IMG/VR virus record: IMGVR_UViG_3300033463_000007
Span: 1 to 64,000 of that record
Reading direction: 5' to 3' (one strand)
Origin: a virus
Lineage: Duplodnaviria; Heunggongvirae; Uroviricota; Caudoviricetes
Length of the DNA: 64,000 bases
In this document: piece after piece, positions 31,417-44,100 of the stretch
How positions within the stretch are numbered: position 1 is the stretch's first letter
Layout of the letters: each line of letters opens with the position of its first letter
Made by a program: the position numbers and the translations under genes
The notes under the pieces: generated by a model
Seen by the model: the letters and a program-made list of their open reading frames with translations, nothing else
What the model was told of the DNA's origin: nothing
The model's database searches: none

Positions 31417-33861
31417 ATGAAAGAACGTGTAACTCAATTTGATTTAGATGCTGCTTTCAAAGCCTTAGATGACATAGAAATTCCAAAGGTTAGGGGAGTT
31501 AGAGCTAATCGTGTTGATTTATCTGAGGCTACTAAAAGAGTAGACCGTACGTCTATGCTAATAGAAGATTATTATGATCTTGGCAGTAAGGAAGATCTAG
31601 AGAATGCTTCTGAAGAGCGTGATGCCGAAATAGCAAAAGCAAAGTTAGCAAAGATTGAAAAAATAGTTGACCTTAATGCTGAGTCAGAAGAAGACATTCT
31701 TCCATCTTATGTTGGTAAAGTCATTATTCAATGTCCACAATGTATGACTTTATTCTATAAAGATGAAGCAGATTTAGAGAGATCCGAAGAAGATCCTAAT
31801 ACTGCTAATGTTGGTGAAATTTGTCAGCATTGTGGAAATGATACCGGTTATACCATAATTGGTAAAGTTGCAGAAGAGGAAGTTCCTGAAACAGAAATAC
31901 CAGAAGAAGAGCCGATATCTGCTGAAACTGAAGAAGAATCAGCTGAAACTAATACAGAGGAAGTTCCAGAGTCTACAGAAGGTGAAGAAGATATTGATTT
32001 AGCAGCTATTGATTTACCTAACCCAGAAGAATCTGCAGAAGAGGAAGAGGAAAATAAAGAGGAATCTGAGGAAGAAAAGAACGAATCATTAAATAATTCC
32101 AAGCTTCTTAAAGACATTAAAAAGAAAAATGAACTAGCTTCTGAAAATACCTCTGAAAATCTTACTTTAAATGAGTCTATTGATGATGAAAATCTTGCTT
32201 TTGATCATCCAATAGTTATTAAAACTGTAAACTGTAATAAAATTAAAGTAGAAGCCCGAGATAAAGAATTAGCTAGGAAAGTTGATAAACTTGCATCTGA
32301 AGCTTATGCAAAAAGTGATGAGCTATCTGGCTGAGAATACTTTGATGAAATTGCAGAAAAACGGGGATTAAAATTTGAAGTTGTTTTTGATGAGTCTATT
32401 GATGATGAAAATCTTTTCTTTAATAGACCTTTGGTTGTAGATACTGTAAACTGTAATAAAATTATGGTTGAGCTCGAGGATGAGGATTTAGCTAAAAAGG
32501 TTGACGAGCTAGCTTCTGCTGCTTATGCAAAGAGCGATAAGTATTCCGGTTGGGAATATTTTGACAGATTTGCAGCTAAATATGGATTAAAATTTGAAGT
32601 TATTTTTGATGATGACGATGATTTTAATGAGTCCGTTAAAAAGACTAAATTACAAGAAATAACGTCTACTTATGATTTTATTATTTATGCTGTAGATAAA
32701 AACGGTGACACAGTAATTGAAAAAGATTTTCATGGAAGAGTTAAAGACGCAAAAGCAGAAATGCAAGCAATTTTAGCTAATGATTCTGATGAAAATATTA
32801 CCGATGTATTTATTTCTAAAAAGAATGGTCGTGAAGAAATTCCAATGGATCATCTTACATTAAGCCGTTCTGAATATATTGATGATGACGCTTTAGATGC
32901 AGCCCTTGGACTAAAAAAGACAGAAGAATCTTTAAAAGAAGATCTTGATACTGATATGAGTAAATATAATGCTTATATTGATTATATTCAGGCTCAAATT
33001 AAGGCGGATGAAGAAGAACTTAAAAAAGCTGGTGATAATCAATTAATTAAAGATGCTATTCAAAAGAAACTTGATGCTCATAAAGCTGACTTAGAAAGTG
33101 CACTTCCACCCGCAGTTAAAGATGCCCAGGCAGTAGAAGAACTTCCAACTCCTGAAGAAGTTAATACGCTAGAAGATTCGGAGACTGAAAAAGCTAATGA
33201 AAATAAAGAAGAAAAAGAAAAAAATGAGTCCTTAAATAATTCTGAGCTTCTTAAAGATATTGAAAAGAAAAATGAGTTAGCCACTGAGAATGCTTCTGAA
33301 AATACTACTTTAAATGAATCTTTTAATGCCGAAAGCACAAAGTGCAAAAAGTGTGGTAAAGAAATCTGTGAATGCGATAAAACATTAACAGAGGATAGTG
33401 AAAGTGAAGCTGCTATTGACGCTATGTTTAATAGTAAAGAATTTAGAACTCCTATTAGTGATGCAGAAGTCCAAGGTTATTTAGATCAAGGAATTAATGA
33501 AAAATTTGATTTAAATGAACTAGAAAGTGTCCATGATAAGACTATTAATGAGTGCATTACTAAATACTTTACTAATGTTTATGGTAATGTTAATTCCTTT
33601 AAGATGACAGATTGTCAAGTTGGAAAAAATAATACTTTAATTATTGAAGGTTTAATTAATTTTAAATCTGGTAAATCTAAGAAAACCATTTTTGAATTTA
33701 CCAATAATAATGGTATTTTGGAAGGTTATAATAAAACTATTACTAGCACAAAAGCATTTAGATTAAAAACTAACCTTGAAGACAGCGGAAAAACTTTAAT
33801 AACCGAGGGTATGGTTTATAATTATAAAGTTGGTACTAAGGAAATTAAGGGTCGAGTTTAG
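31417..33861 (+). CDS. Large acidic protein with Zn ribbons and internal duplications, probable prohead core/internal protein (814 aa, code 4)
   Basis: CPQC..CQHC and CKKC..CEC; many (L/I/F)xE sites; TGA at 32332 joins two ORFs. Confidence 0.8.
32074..33321 (+). repeat. Dispersed 105-nt duplication (32074-32178 and 33217-33321)
   Basis: EKNESLNNS(K/E)LLKDI(K/E)KKNELA(S/T)EN(T/A)SEN(L/T)TLNES. Confidence 0.85.
32173..32610 (+). repeat. Tandem duplication, 2 x 219 nt (73 aa)
   Basis: ESIDDENL...TVNCNKI...AYAKSD..SG(W)EYFD...GLKFEV.FD occurs twice; the Trp is TGA in copy 1 and TGG in copy 2. Confidence 0.92.
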
Positions 33862-33899
33862 GCATTAAAATTATTTAATTACGATGGAGGTTAATTATT

Positions 33900-34421
33900 T
33901 TGAATAATATACCAGAACAAATAAATAATGACTATGGTCTATTAATAAATCAGAATATTAAACTCCATCGTGATTGATTTAAGGAGATGGGCCGGCTTAT
34001 TGGTATTAAATTTATTTATAGAGCACCAAGAAAAAGTAAAGAATTTGATATGCATGGTGATTTAGATACCAATTATGAAACGCCTATAACCTTTTATGGT
34101 ATTTTAGAAGAACATCCAAATCAATATTCATTAAGAAAAGCTGGCTGAGTTACTGAACTACAAGATAATTCATTATTATTACATGTACCATATGATCTTC
34201 CTGGACTTGAACAAGGTGGTTTATTTATGCTCCCAGCTGGATTAGATGGTGCAAAAAGTAGATGTTTTAGATTACTTAATTTACAAAATATTATGATTTA
34301 TCCAGCTTCAATTGTTTGTGAAATTGCACCTGAATACGAAGATACTTCTCCTCGTGATGAAATATTAGATTTTCAACAAAATAATTTTACAAAATTATTA
34401 GATAACGAGGAGGATGATTAA
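33900..34421 (+). CDS. Putative neck/head-closure protein (gp14-like position; 173 aa, code 4)
   Basis: TTG start after GGAGG; 2 in-frame TGA. Function inferred from synteny. Confidence 0.6.
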
Positions 34422-34424
34422 TTT

Positions 34425-36419
34425 ATGTATCTTATAAAAAGATTACCATTAAGGGAAGCTGATGAGTCCTCTAATACTACAGCTCTATTACCAAGTACTA
34501 TTTTAACGGATATTATTTCTAAAAATATAGACATAATCCTTAAAAATGAAACTAATTTTGAATCAAATGGTATTAAAAAAGTAGAAGAACAAATTCAACA
34601 AATAATCACTAATATTAACACTATTAATTCTACTATAGATAACTGTCAAAAAGAAAATGAACAAATTAGACAACAATTAACTGCTAATTATTTTAAATGA
34701 GCTGATTTACTTATTAAAAATAATGAAAAATATTTACCAGCTATACACAAATATATAACTCTTATTTTACCCTTTTTTATACAGAAGGATTATACAGAGC
34801 TTGCAGTTAAAATACAGCAGGCAATTAATAGTATACATGATTTTTTACAAGATCAAGTCAAAAAACAATGGCTTATAAACAAAGACCAGGTTAAAATTAA
34901 AGACTTTATTGAACAATTAGATTTAGCAGATATAAATAATAAATTTAATTTAATAAATAAAGGTGATGGTGACGCTACAAAAAGTAGAGCTAATATAACT
35001 AAAGAAATAAATGATAAACTTAAAGATAATAGCATTACAGAATTATTAAATACCTATAAAAGATTATCAGATAATTATTCAACATTTAAAACTTTCTTAA
35101 CAACACAAGAAGAAACTTTAAAAAAGAAAGAAAAAACAGCTAGTAAAGATTTAATTGAAATTATTAATAATTTTAACACAACCAATAATTGAATAGATAC
35201 AAAAATTGGTTGAAGCACTATTGCTAATCAACAAAAAGAAATTATTGAAGATTTAAAAAAAGAACCGATTCAAATTTTAGATGTCGCTGAGCACACTAAA
35301 GATAATAATTCTACAATAGCAAAATTAGATACTAGTGTTATTAATTTAGTTAGTCAATTAAGAATTTTATTTGCATCAACTTCAAAAACTGAAGTTGATG
35401 ATGAAGTAAAAGATATACAGGAAAGTGAAAATTGACAAAAAAAATTTAGGGTAGCTGCAAATAAAGCAGGTAATGGTGGTAAAAATGTTGTGGCTATTGA
35501 TAAGGTTTGAAATGAATACTTAAAAACAGAATGAAAAGGCTTTAATTTAAAAGCACTATTATCTATTTCTGATGCTTTTATACCTGAATTATCTGCCTAT
35601 GGTTATACAAAAGGTGCAAATCCTTTTATTGATTTTCTAAAATTTAAGTTAGCAGATCCAACTTTTGAAAAAATTATTATAGAGCATCCAGAAAATTATA
35701 CCTGTTTACATAATGCAGTAGCAAATAGATTAGTACCGCTAGAAGACCTAAGAAATGGTGGTTTTATTGGTCGTGAAGTTAATATTATTTTTAATAATAA
35801 TTTATATAATATAGATAATGTATCAACTGTTTTAGAATATTTTGAACAAAATAGTGCTATACTTAAAGCATTGGAAAAAAATGAATATGATAATGCACTA
35901 TTAATTCAAAAGTATCCAAAAAATGATGAAAGTAGTAAAAAAAGTTTTTATGAAAATATTTTTTATGAGCCAGGTAATCCGCTAGATCAAAAGCAAATAA
36001 TTATTACAGACCACACTAAATTATGAGATTTGGCCCATGTAGATGCCTATCGAAAAAAATGTTTTATAAATAATAAATTATACTCAGAGAAAGCTAAGGA
36101 GAAAGCAGCTAGCAAAGAATTTGAAATTACAGATGAAAATGAAATATTTGATATCTTTAAAGAGTTTGAGCAAGAAAATATAGGTATAACAAAAAAAGAA
36201 ATACAAAAAATTATAGATGCTTTTATTATAACACATAAAGATTTACTTGGAAATATTGTTGTGCAGAAAAATCAGCCAACAATTAACTATACACCCGATG
36301 CTGCTAAAAATATTTTAGAACAATACTTTGATACAAATTATAAATTTAAGTCAGCTATTTTAGCTGAGAAATTCTTAAATAGATTATTAAATATAAAATC
36401 TGGTATAAAAGAACAATAG
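34425..36419 (+). CDS. Hypothetical helical protein (664 aa, code 4)
   Basis: Single frame across 7 TGAs; N-terminus MYLIKRLPLREAD (LxE-type leader). Confidence 0.8.
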
Positions 36420-36428
36420 GTTAAATAA

Positions 36429-36767
36429 ATGTTTTTTACAATTATAAATACATTTGATGAAACAATAGAAGAAAAAAAAATTTTTATTAGAGATTGAGCA
36501 ATGTTCAGAGTTATTAATTATCCTATGCGAACTAACGAACAAAAACTTTCTCAATATTTGATGGAAAATTATCAAACAGACTTAAAAAGTATGTGTAAAA
36601 AAATTATTAGAAATGCTTCAATTACTACTGAAGATGTAGATAAAACTTTTATAGTAACTTTTTTAAATCCCGAATTGGATAAACTTGCAACACTTATTAC
36701 TTATGGTAATGAGCAAACACCTGGCAGTAATATTTTAAGAGCAGCATTTACTAAACAAAATTATTAG
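36429..36767 (+). CDS. Hypothetical protein (112 aa, code 4)
   Basis: ATG 36429 is in frame with the 36501 ORF through one TGA. Confidence 0.7.
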
Positions 36768-36778
36768 GAGAAAATTTA

Positions 36779-37426
36779 ATGGCAGTTAGATATTATGATG
36801 ATGCTATTATATATAAATTAAAAAAATGATTGCCAGAAAATTCACCTTTAAGAGTTTTAAGGCCAGAAGAATCTAAAAGATTATATACTTTAATGGCAGA
36901 TGATAAAGCTGACAAAGCTTTTCAGCTACCGTTTATTGCATTATCTAGAAGTAATGATATTGAGCTAATATTAAATATTAAAAATAGTCGTTCATTTGAT
37001 GGCTTAAAATTTTATGGAACTACAGAGCAAACAGCACATTTAAATGTAATTCCGATTAAGTTAGAATATCAATTAGATATTTATACTAAAACTGTTGATG
37101 ACGGTGATGAATATTTACGTAATTTTCTATTTAAATTAATAAATAATCCGCTAATTCATATTGATATTCCATATAATGGGGCAACTATAAAGCATGTTGC
37201 AAATATAAGAGTTTTATCAACAGTTGCAAATACTAGTGATATTTCTGAACATATATTTCCTGGGCAATTTAATAGATGAACTATTCAATTTGAATTACAA
37301 GATGCATTCTTCTTTAGTATTCCATATAAGAAAAATTGGTCTATTGAAGGTATTCTTGTTGAGGTGCTTGATAAAGATACTTTAGAAGTTGTTGAATCTG
37401 ATGAAATTAAAATAGAGGATTCTTAA
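36779..37426 (+). CDS. Tail terminator/sheath stabiliser, T4 gp15-like (215 aa, code 4)
   Basis: LPFIALSR and IPIKLEYQLDIYTKTVDDGD; directly upstream of the sheath gene. Confidence 0.65.
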
Positions 37427-37455
37427 ATAAAATTAAAAATATAATATATAAGATT

Positions 37456-37471
37456 CGCTAAATTAATTGAG
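37456..37471 (+). promoter_or_regulatory. Putative late promoter motif (CGCTAAATTAATTGAG)
   Basis: Copy upstream of the tail sheath and tube genes. Confidence 0.7.
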
Positions 37472-37544
37472 ATTTAGAAAAATCTTGTAAAAACAAAAAT
37501 TAAAATACATAAACTAGTAGTTTATAAAGGAGAAATTATTCATT

Positions 37545-39092
37545 ATGCCAAAAGTTGTTATAAGAGAAATTGATAAAACACAACCTGGTTTTGCACCTGC
37601 TAGTAATTTCACTGTAGCTATTCCTGGTTTTGTTACAGATATTACGTATACATTAGATAATCCAACACCATTTGATGAGAATGATATTGCGTATATTACT
37701 TCAACAACAGAATTTATACAGAAAATTGGTATGGTACAAGATACTGATATTCCTGCATCATTTGCTATTTTAAGTAATATTCCTGGCTCCGAAGTAACTA
37801 TGGGGCCTGTCACTTATGAAGCTTACTATAATCCAGATAATCAGGAACAATTTTTTACAGGTACAGAAATTACTCAGTCAGAGGCTGGTCAGGGTGGTTA
37901 TTTAATAGCTGCTAGAACTACTGGAACTGATACACCTGTTACAACATATTATAGATTATCTTTTGCAAACAAGCTTAATTCAAGTAAGCCAAGTGGCTAT
38001 GAGAAAGATTGAGATGAGGCAACAAATTATTTTTATGTAACCCCAGATCATCGCGGAAATGATGCACAAATAGGCGCAGTTCAATATGGCAATCAAATTG
38101 CATATTTATTATTAACTCAAGGATATTCTATTTTCTATAAAAAGATATCTGATGTTTCCGAATTAAGTGATGCTTCAACATGAGAGGCTTTCAAAGATAA
38201 ATCATTATATGATTTTAGATATGTATTATCTGGTTTAAGAAGAAGTATTCCAGGCGTTGTACAAATGTCAGAAGTTAATACAAGTATGCTGGGTTTAGTA
38301 AGTGCTGAGGAAGCTGGTAATCCTGGCCGTGGTGATATAATTGTATTATTAGATATTCCTGAAGATGCTTATGAAAATGAAACTACACAAGAAAATAAAA
38401 TAAGTGCTATTCAAAGTGCAATGACAGTATCAAGTCAATATGCTGCTTATTTTGCACCAACTGTAACATATGATGGTATCACAAATGATGTTTATACGAA
38501 TACAACACTCCCTGGATCATTCCATTATTTAGCTTGTGCATCTAGGGCTTTTAGTAGCTATAATGAATGGTATAGTGTATCAGGTTATACGCGTGGCATT
38601 TGTCCATTTAAGGTTGTCGGTGTTTCAGCTAGACTTGGAGAAAAGGCTGTTAATGCTCTGCAAACAAGAAAAAGGGAGTCTGTAAACTTAATTATTCCTA
38701 TTAATAATAGCTATTATCTTTGGGGTAATAGAACTGCTTATAGAAATGAAGCTGGATTAATTGCTAGTAACTTCCTTAATATTAGACAACTCTGCTGCAC
38801 CCTTAAAAAGACTATTTATCAAGCCTGCCGTACTTTAATGTTTGATCCAAATGATGAAATTTTATGGACTAATTTCTGCAATGCTGTTCGTCCAACACTT
38901 GAAATCATGAAAGCAAATCAAGGTATTAATGATTATAAGTTTGAAAAGAAAGAAACTAGCTTAAAAGCAAAACTTTTTGCAGCCGTTAGAATTATTCCAA
39001 TTGAAGCCGTTGAAGATTTCGAAATTGCCGTTACTCTTGAGGACAATTTTGATGAGACAACAATTTCAATAGAAGAAAAATTAGTTGGCTAA
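37545..39092 (+). CDS. Tail sheath protein (515 aa, code 4)
   Basis: MPKVVIREID start; EWYSVSGYTRG, LWGNRT, LNIRQL, FDPNDEILW, IIPIEAVEDF sheath motifs. Confidence 0.92.
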
Positions 39093-39130
39093 TTTATAGT
39101 ATAGAAGTATAAAATAAGGAGAAAATATAA

Positions 39131-39838
39131 ATGCGTAAAGATTACGATATTGTATTAAATAAGGCGCCAGATAATGTTCTTAATACTTCTCATATTTCTA
39201 GCAATTTAGAAAATTATGAAGCTGCACGGTCAGGTTTCTTTATATTCATGCCTGCAAATGCACAAGATCCTGTATTAAGATTAATTGCCAATAAAATTAA
39301 AGAATTTAATTCTGAGAGTGTTTGGACAGCGGCCCAAGTCCAAGAGTTACTTAAGCTTAATGTTGTTAAAGCTAAAGTTCCACACTTTTCAGTTGAAGCT
39401 CTCAGTTACAGACGTGGTAATGAGGTTGTAAAGTTTGCAGGTGTTCCAACATTTGAGTCTGGTTCTATTGTTATCGATGATATTGTTGGTGTTGATACCA
39501 AATCGTTAATTCAGGCTTGGCAAGAACTTACATATGACCTTAAGACACGTACTGGCGGTCGTATGTATGAGTATAAAATGGATTGTCTCTTAATCGAGTA
39601 TACCCAAGACTATCGTCCAATTAGAACATGGACACTTACAGGTTGTTTCCCATCTGCATTATCAGAAGGTGATTTTGATAAGAATAGTGATACGGGTCCT
39701 CGTCAAATTGATGTCACTATTGAATATGATAGAGCCACAATGCTTAGAGGTACATCTGGTAGAGCTTCTGAGACCGAAAAAATTGCTGGTATCAGTGGTG
39801 GTGCCGGCGGTGGATCCAATGTTATGATGACAAGATAA
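39131..39838 (+). CDS. Tail tube protein (gp19-like)
   Basis: YRRGNEVVKFAG, W......GGR..YK, RTWTLTGCFP, IDVTIEYD; follows the sheath gene. Confidence 0.88.
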   Translation: MRKDYDIVLNKAPDNVLNTSHISSNLENYEAARSGFFIFMPANAQDPVLRLIANKIKEFNSESVWTAAQVQELLKLNVVKAKVPHFSVEALSYRRGNEVVKFAGVPTFESGSIVIDDIVGVDTKSLIQAWQELTYDLKTRTGGRMYEYKMDCLLIEYTQDYRPIRTWTLTGCFPSALSEGDFDKNSDTGPRQIDVTIEYDRATMLRGTSGRASETEKIAGISGGAGGGSNVMMTR

Positions 39839-39860
39839 TAAATAATAATAAAAATATATA

Positions 39861-39897
39861 AAAATAAAAAGGCTTCTAAAGAAGCCTTTTTATTTTT
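39861..39897 (+). terminator. Intrinsic terminator
   Basis: AAAATAAAAAGGCTTCT-AA-AGAAGCCTTTTTATTTT. Confidence 0.85.
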
Positions 39898-39928
39898 ATT
39901 AAATTTTTAATAAAAATATATTATGATT

Positions 39929-39944
39929 TGCTAAATTAATTGAT
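39929..39944 (+). promoter_or_regulatory. Putative late promoter motif (TGCTAAATTAATTGAT)
   Basis: Exact copy upstream of the chaperone/tape-measure operon. Confidence 0.75.
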
Positions 39945-39977
39945 AAATAAATTTTATCAGCATGAAAGGAATATATT

Positions 39978-40142
39978 ATGGGTAGACAAAAATTAGATCG
40001 TAGTGATAAAGTTATTCAAACTTTTGAATCTACAAAACCACTTAAACAAAGGCTCTCTGAGCTGGCCAAAGAAAAAAATATAACAATATCTGCCTTAATT
40101 AGAGAGATATTAGAAAAACATTTTGAAAATCGTGAAATTTAA
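39978..40142 (+). CDS. Ribbon-helix-helix (CopG-like) DNA-binding protein (54 aa)
   Basis: AAAGGA RBS; VIQTFESTKPLKQRLSELAKEKNITISALIREILEKHF fits the RHH pattern. Below the ORF-track size cut-off. Confidence 0.7.
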   Translation: MGRQKLDRSDKVIQTFESTKPLKQRLSELAKEKNITISALIREILEKHFENREI

Positions 40143-40162
40143 TTTGAAAGGAAATTTAAAAC

Positions 40163-40927
40163 ATGTCTGATACTAAAACTTTTACTATTGCAGAAACTTA
40201 TAAGCTCCCTTCTGGCGGGCTTATTTATGAAAAGCCTGTTGCTGAAAATATTACTCTTAAAAGTATGACTGCACGTCATGAAATGCAAAGATTAAATGCT
40301 ACAAATATGCCTTTAAAAACTCTTGCAGATATTATTGAAGACTGCATGATTGATAAGCCAGCTACACATGTTTATGACTTAGCAGTTGGTGACTATGAAT
40401 TTTTACTTCACAAATTAAGAATTGTTACTTATGGCTCTGGCTATAAAGTTAATTTAATCTGCCCTTATTGTGAGGAGTCTATTGAAGCTATTGCTCAATT
40501 AGATGACTTAGAAGTAAAACCTTTTAATAGAGAAGAGTTTGAGACCCTTAGAACTATAACGTTACCTTCTTGTGGAAAAACTGTTACCCTTAAAGTTCAA
40601 ACTCCTAGAATGCTAGATAATCTTGAAACAAAAACTAAAGAACTTAAAAAGAAAGCTCCTGATGCAAAGATTCATTTTGAAACATTTGCACAATTACTTT
40701 TAGCGATAGATACTGTAGATGATCAAAAGCTAAATTCAGTGGAACTTGAGTTCTTTATAAATGATCTTTCTGCAAGAGATTTAAACAAGCTTATGAATAC
40801 AATAGATAAGCTAAATAATTATATTGGTCTTAATAATAGATTTATTATACCTTGTCCATCTTGTGGTGAACCCGTAAGTACATTTTTTCGCTTCGGACCA
40901 GAGTTTTTTAGACCCACAACGGACTAG
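40163..40927 (+). CDS. Tail/baseplate-hub assembly chaperone (T4 gp26-like)
   Basis: YKLPSGG, LKSMT, FLLHKLRIVTYG, CPYC, CPSC, FGPEFFRP; lies between tube and tape measure. Confidence 0.8.
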   Translation: MSDTKTFTIAETYKLPSGGLIYEKPVAENITLKSMTARHEMQRLNATNMPLKTLADIIEDCMIDKPATHVYDLAVGDYEFLLHKLRIVTYGSGYKVNLICPYCEESIEAIAQLDDLEVKPFNREEFETLRTITLPSCGKTVTLKVQTPRMLDNLETKTKELKKKAPDAKIHFETFAQLLLAIDTVDDQKLNSVELEFFINDLSARDLNKLMNTIDKLNNYIGLNNRFIIPCPSCGEPVSTFFRFGPEFFRPTTD

Positions 40928-41135
40928 CGATGGTAAACCGTATGGCCCAAAACGTTTTAAAGAAATTGTAAAAGAATGCTGATATATTAGTGATAATATT
41001 CATACAAGCTATAATGAAGTTCTAGATCTATCAGTTACAGAACGTATAGAACTTGTTAAACTTATTAATGAAAAAATAGAAAACACTAATCAGGCAATGG
41101 AAAATCTAAGAAAAAATAGTAAGTCAAGACGTTAG
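40878..41135 (+). CDS. Start-less ORF, probable frameshift extension (GT-type) of the tail assembly chaperone
   Basis: Open in the +1 frame from 40878 to TAG at 41133, with no ATG/GTG/TTG until near its end; overlaps two TTT-TTT sites (40883, 40904). Confidence 0.7.
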
Positions 41136-41166
41136 TAAACTAAACAGAAAAAGGAAATCATAAGCT

Positions 41167-44100
41167 ATGGCCATAAAACCTCAACGCTTATATGGAAGAG
41201 ATCAAAGTTCTGAGTATCAGGATCCAACAGATGCCTTAAGAGAAGCTTCTCAGTCTCTTAATACTTTAGTTAGTAATCTTTTAAATAAAACTAAGGGAGC
41301 TACAACTAGTAGTATAAAACAGGCTGAGCAGCTTCTAAATGCTCTTATTGCAGGTAATGAGGCAGCAATTAAAAATTATGTTGAAACTGATAAAATTGCT
41401 ATAGAAAAAATAAAAGAATTAAAAGCAAAAATAGCAAAACAAGAACAAGCACAATTAGAGGCATATGCTGTAAGTGGGGCTAAAAAGAAAGAACTTTTAG
41501 AGACACAGACTGCTCATAATATAGCATTAGCACGTGGTAGAATTCTTGAACAAGAATGAGAAGCTGAACGTAAAAAAATTTCTAGGTCTGAATTAGCAAA
41601 TATACAAGCTCTTGAAAATATTGCCAGACAAAAAAGTAGCCTAGAAGATAAAAGAATACAAACAGAACAACTTTATACTAATAGAGCTGAGCAACTTGGA
41701 ATTGCTTCTGAGAGTAGAATTGCAGATTTAAGATTACAATTAGCTCAAAAACAATTTGATATAAATTTACAATATCTTAATCAAGAAGAAATTGCCAGGC
41801 TTGAAGTTGAAAATAAAGTATTTGAAGCTGCAACACAACACGCAAGAACAGTTAATGAGATTTATAAATTACAAACTTATAAAGATGAATTAGCTTCAGC
41901 TGCAGTTAGTGCTTCTTATGATACTATTCTTAAACAAATTCAAGAAGAAGCAATAAAACTAGAGGCCGCTAAAAAAGAAGCTGCTGGATTTACACGTGTT
42001 GTAAAAACTCATGAATATGTAGATAAAAAAACTGGGCGGGGAGTTGACTTAGAACCAGGGCAACGAACTACTAAATCTGGTAGAATTAAAGATGCGGCTG
42101 GTAATTATGTTAAAGAAAATGGTAAGGTTAAAGCTGTCAAAAAAGCAGATAAGGCTAAAGGTGAAGGCGTTGAGACAGAACAAGTCTCTGCTCAGGAAGT
42201 TTTAACTGCAAAACTTAATCTTAGTACAGGTGCTTTACAAAGTCAAACACAAGCTCTTCAGAATGAAATTAGTCTTATTGAAGCACAAACAAACTCAACT
42301 GACTACTTAAAAGCTGTTACAGAAAATGCTACTAAAGCTTTAAATAAACAAAGTGCACAATCTGAAGTAAATGCAGCAACATATAGGGCAGAAGCTACTG
42401 ATGCCAAATATCTTGCTCAAGCTGTTCAAACAGCTACAAGTGCTCAAAATGAACAAGCAGATGCAGCTAATAAAGCTGCAGTTATACTCCATGAGCAAGC
42501 TAATTCACAAGAATTTTTAAATAGTGCTGTTTCTTCTGCAATAGCTGCGCTAAAGCAGCAAGCTAGTCAGTCAGAACAAAATGCAAATATTTATTTAAAA
42601 GAGTCCCAAAATATAGAGTATTTAACTAAAACAACGGAAGTTGCTACTAAAGCTCAACGGGAACAGGCTACACAGGCTGAAAGAGATGCCGCTGCTATTA
42701 GACAGCAAGCTAAAGACCAAAATTTCTTAAGAGAAGCTGTTAACAATGCAACAGCCAACTTAGCTAAACAAAATGCTGAAACTGAAAAAAATGCAGCTAT
42801 TAATAAAGCACTTAGCAAATCTGAAGAATATTTAAATGAAAAGCTAAAAGAAAACTTATTTGCTACTAAAGAACGCATAAGTGCACTTGAACTAGAAACT
42901 GCTATACTACAAAAAATGGCAAATTCTACTGGGGATTTGCTTGAACAAATTGAAGAGGATTTTGCAAGACAAGCTAATGAAAATGCGAAAGACCGTTTAA
43001 AAATTCAAAAACAAGACTTAATATATAGTCGTAAAGATCTTGCACAAAGAGACCTTGCTTTAAGAGGTGAGGCAAAAGCAAACAGAGAAAGGATAGCTCA
43101 GCAAGAGGCTCTTAATGATAGGCTTGTTGATTTAGGCGTTGATGCAACAAGTTTTATGGGTCAAATAGCTAGAGAAAACTTAGAACGAAAAGAAGCTGAG
43201 GATGAGAGTGGTGAATATTTTAAGAAAAATATTTTTGCTGCTGGGCTAACTTTTAAAGAAAGGTTAGAGGGTCTTTCAAAAGCATTTTCTTATAAAGATG
43301 CCGAGGGCAAAACACATTCTCTTGCCGGGGCTCTTGCAGCTAAAAAAGAAGCTCAAGCACGACTTGCTGGACATGAAAATGAAAAGGGTGCCAAAAAGGT
43401 ACGTGAACTTGCAGAAAATGGTGATACCGCATCTTTAACTAAACTTGATGCCTATAAAGCTAGAAAAGCAGAGGCTGCAGCTGCTCAAAAAGCTGCTACT
43501 GAAGCCACAATAACTGATGCTGCTACTAGACAATTAGCTGAAGATGCTAAGAGAAAACAAGACCAAGCACAACAAAATGGTACTGAAGCTAATTTAAGTG
43601 CTGAAGAAACATCAGCACTTAAGGCATTAATGGCTGAGGAAACAGCCAAAGCTAACGCAACTGCTGCACAGCAACGAGAAACTAATGCTAAAGCTGAGGC
43701 TATGCAAGCTTTAGATCTTCAACCAAATGAAGAAGCACAGTTGGAAGTTGCAGAAGCTCAGTTAGAAGTTCAAAAAGCTACTGCTGAAAGTTCTGCTTCC
43801 ATGAAGCAAGGCCTTGCTAATATGACTAAAGCTCTTGCAAATATTGCGAGAAGTATTGATAATTTAATGGATACTATTGGAGCTACAAAGGGTCCAATAG
43901 ATACTAGATTGTATGGTTCGAGAACTAATAAGCAACGAATGGGGTCGTATTTTAGTCAAATTCAATTTGACTTTGCGGCTGCTATGGTTTCTCCTCTTGT
44001 TAGACTCGAAGATTTAAATAAAAACACTATAGTTGCAATAGAAAAAGGTATTTCCAAAGATGTTGAACAAATTGGAATGCTTGAAACTATGCGAGAACGT

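Noticed and set aside
32332-32553. TGA as Gly (code 25) or selenocysteine
   Set aside because: The paralogous position is TGG, and conserved motifs elsewhere require Trp.
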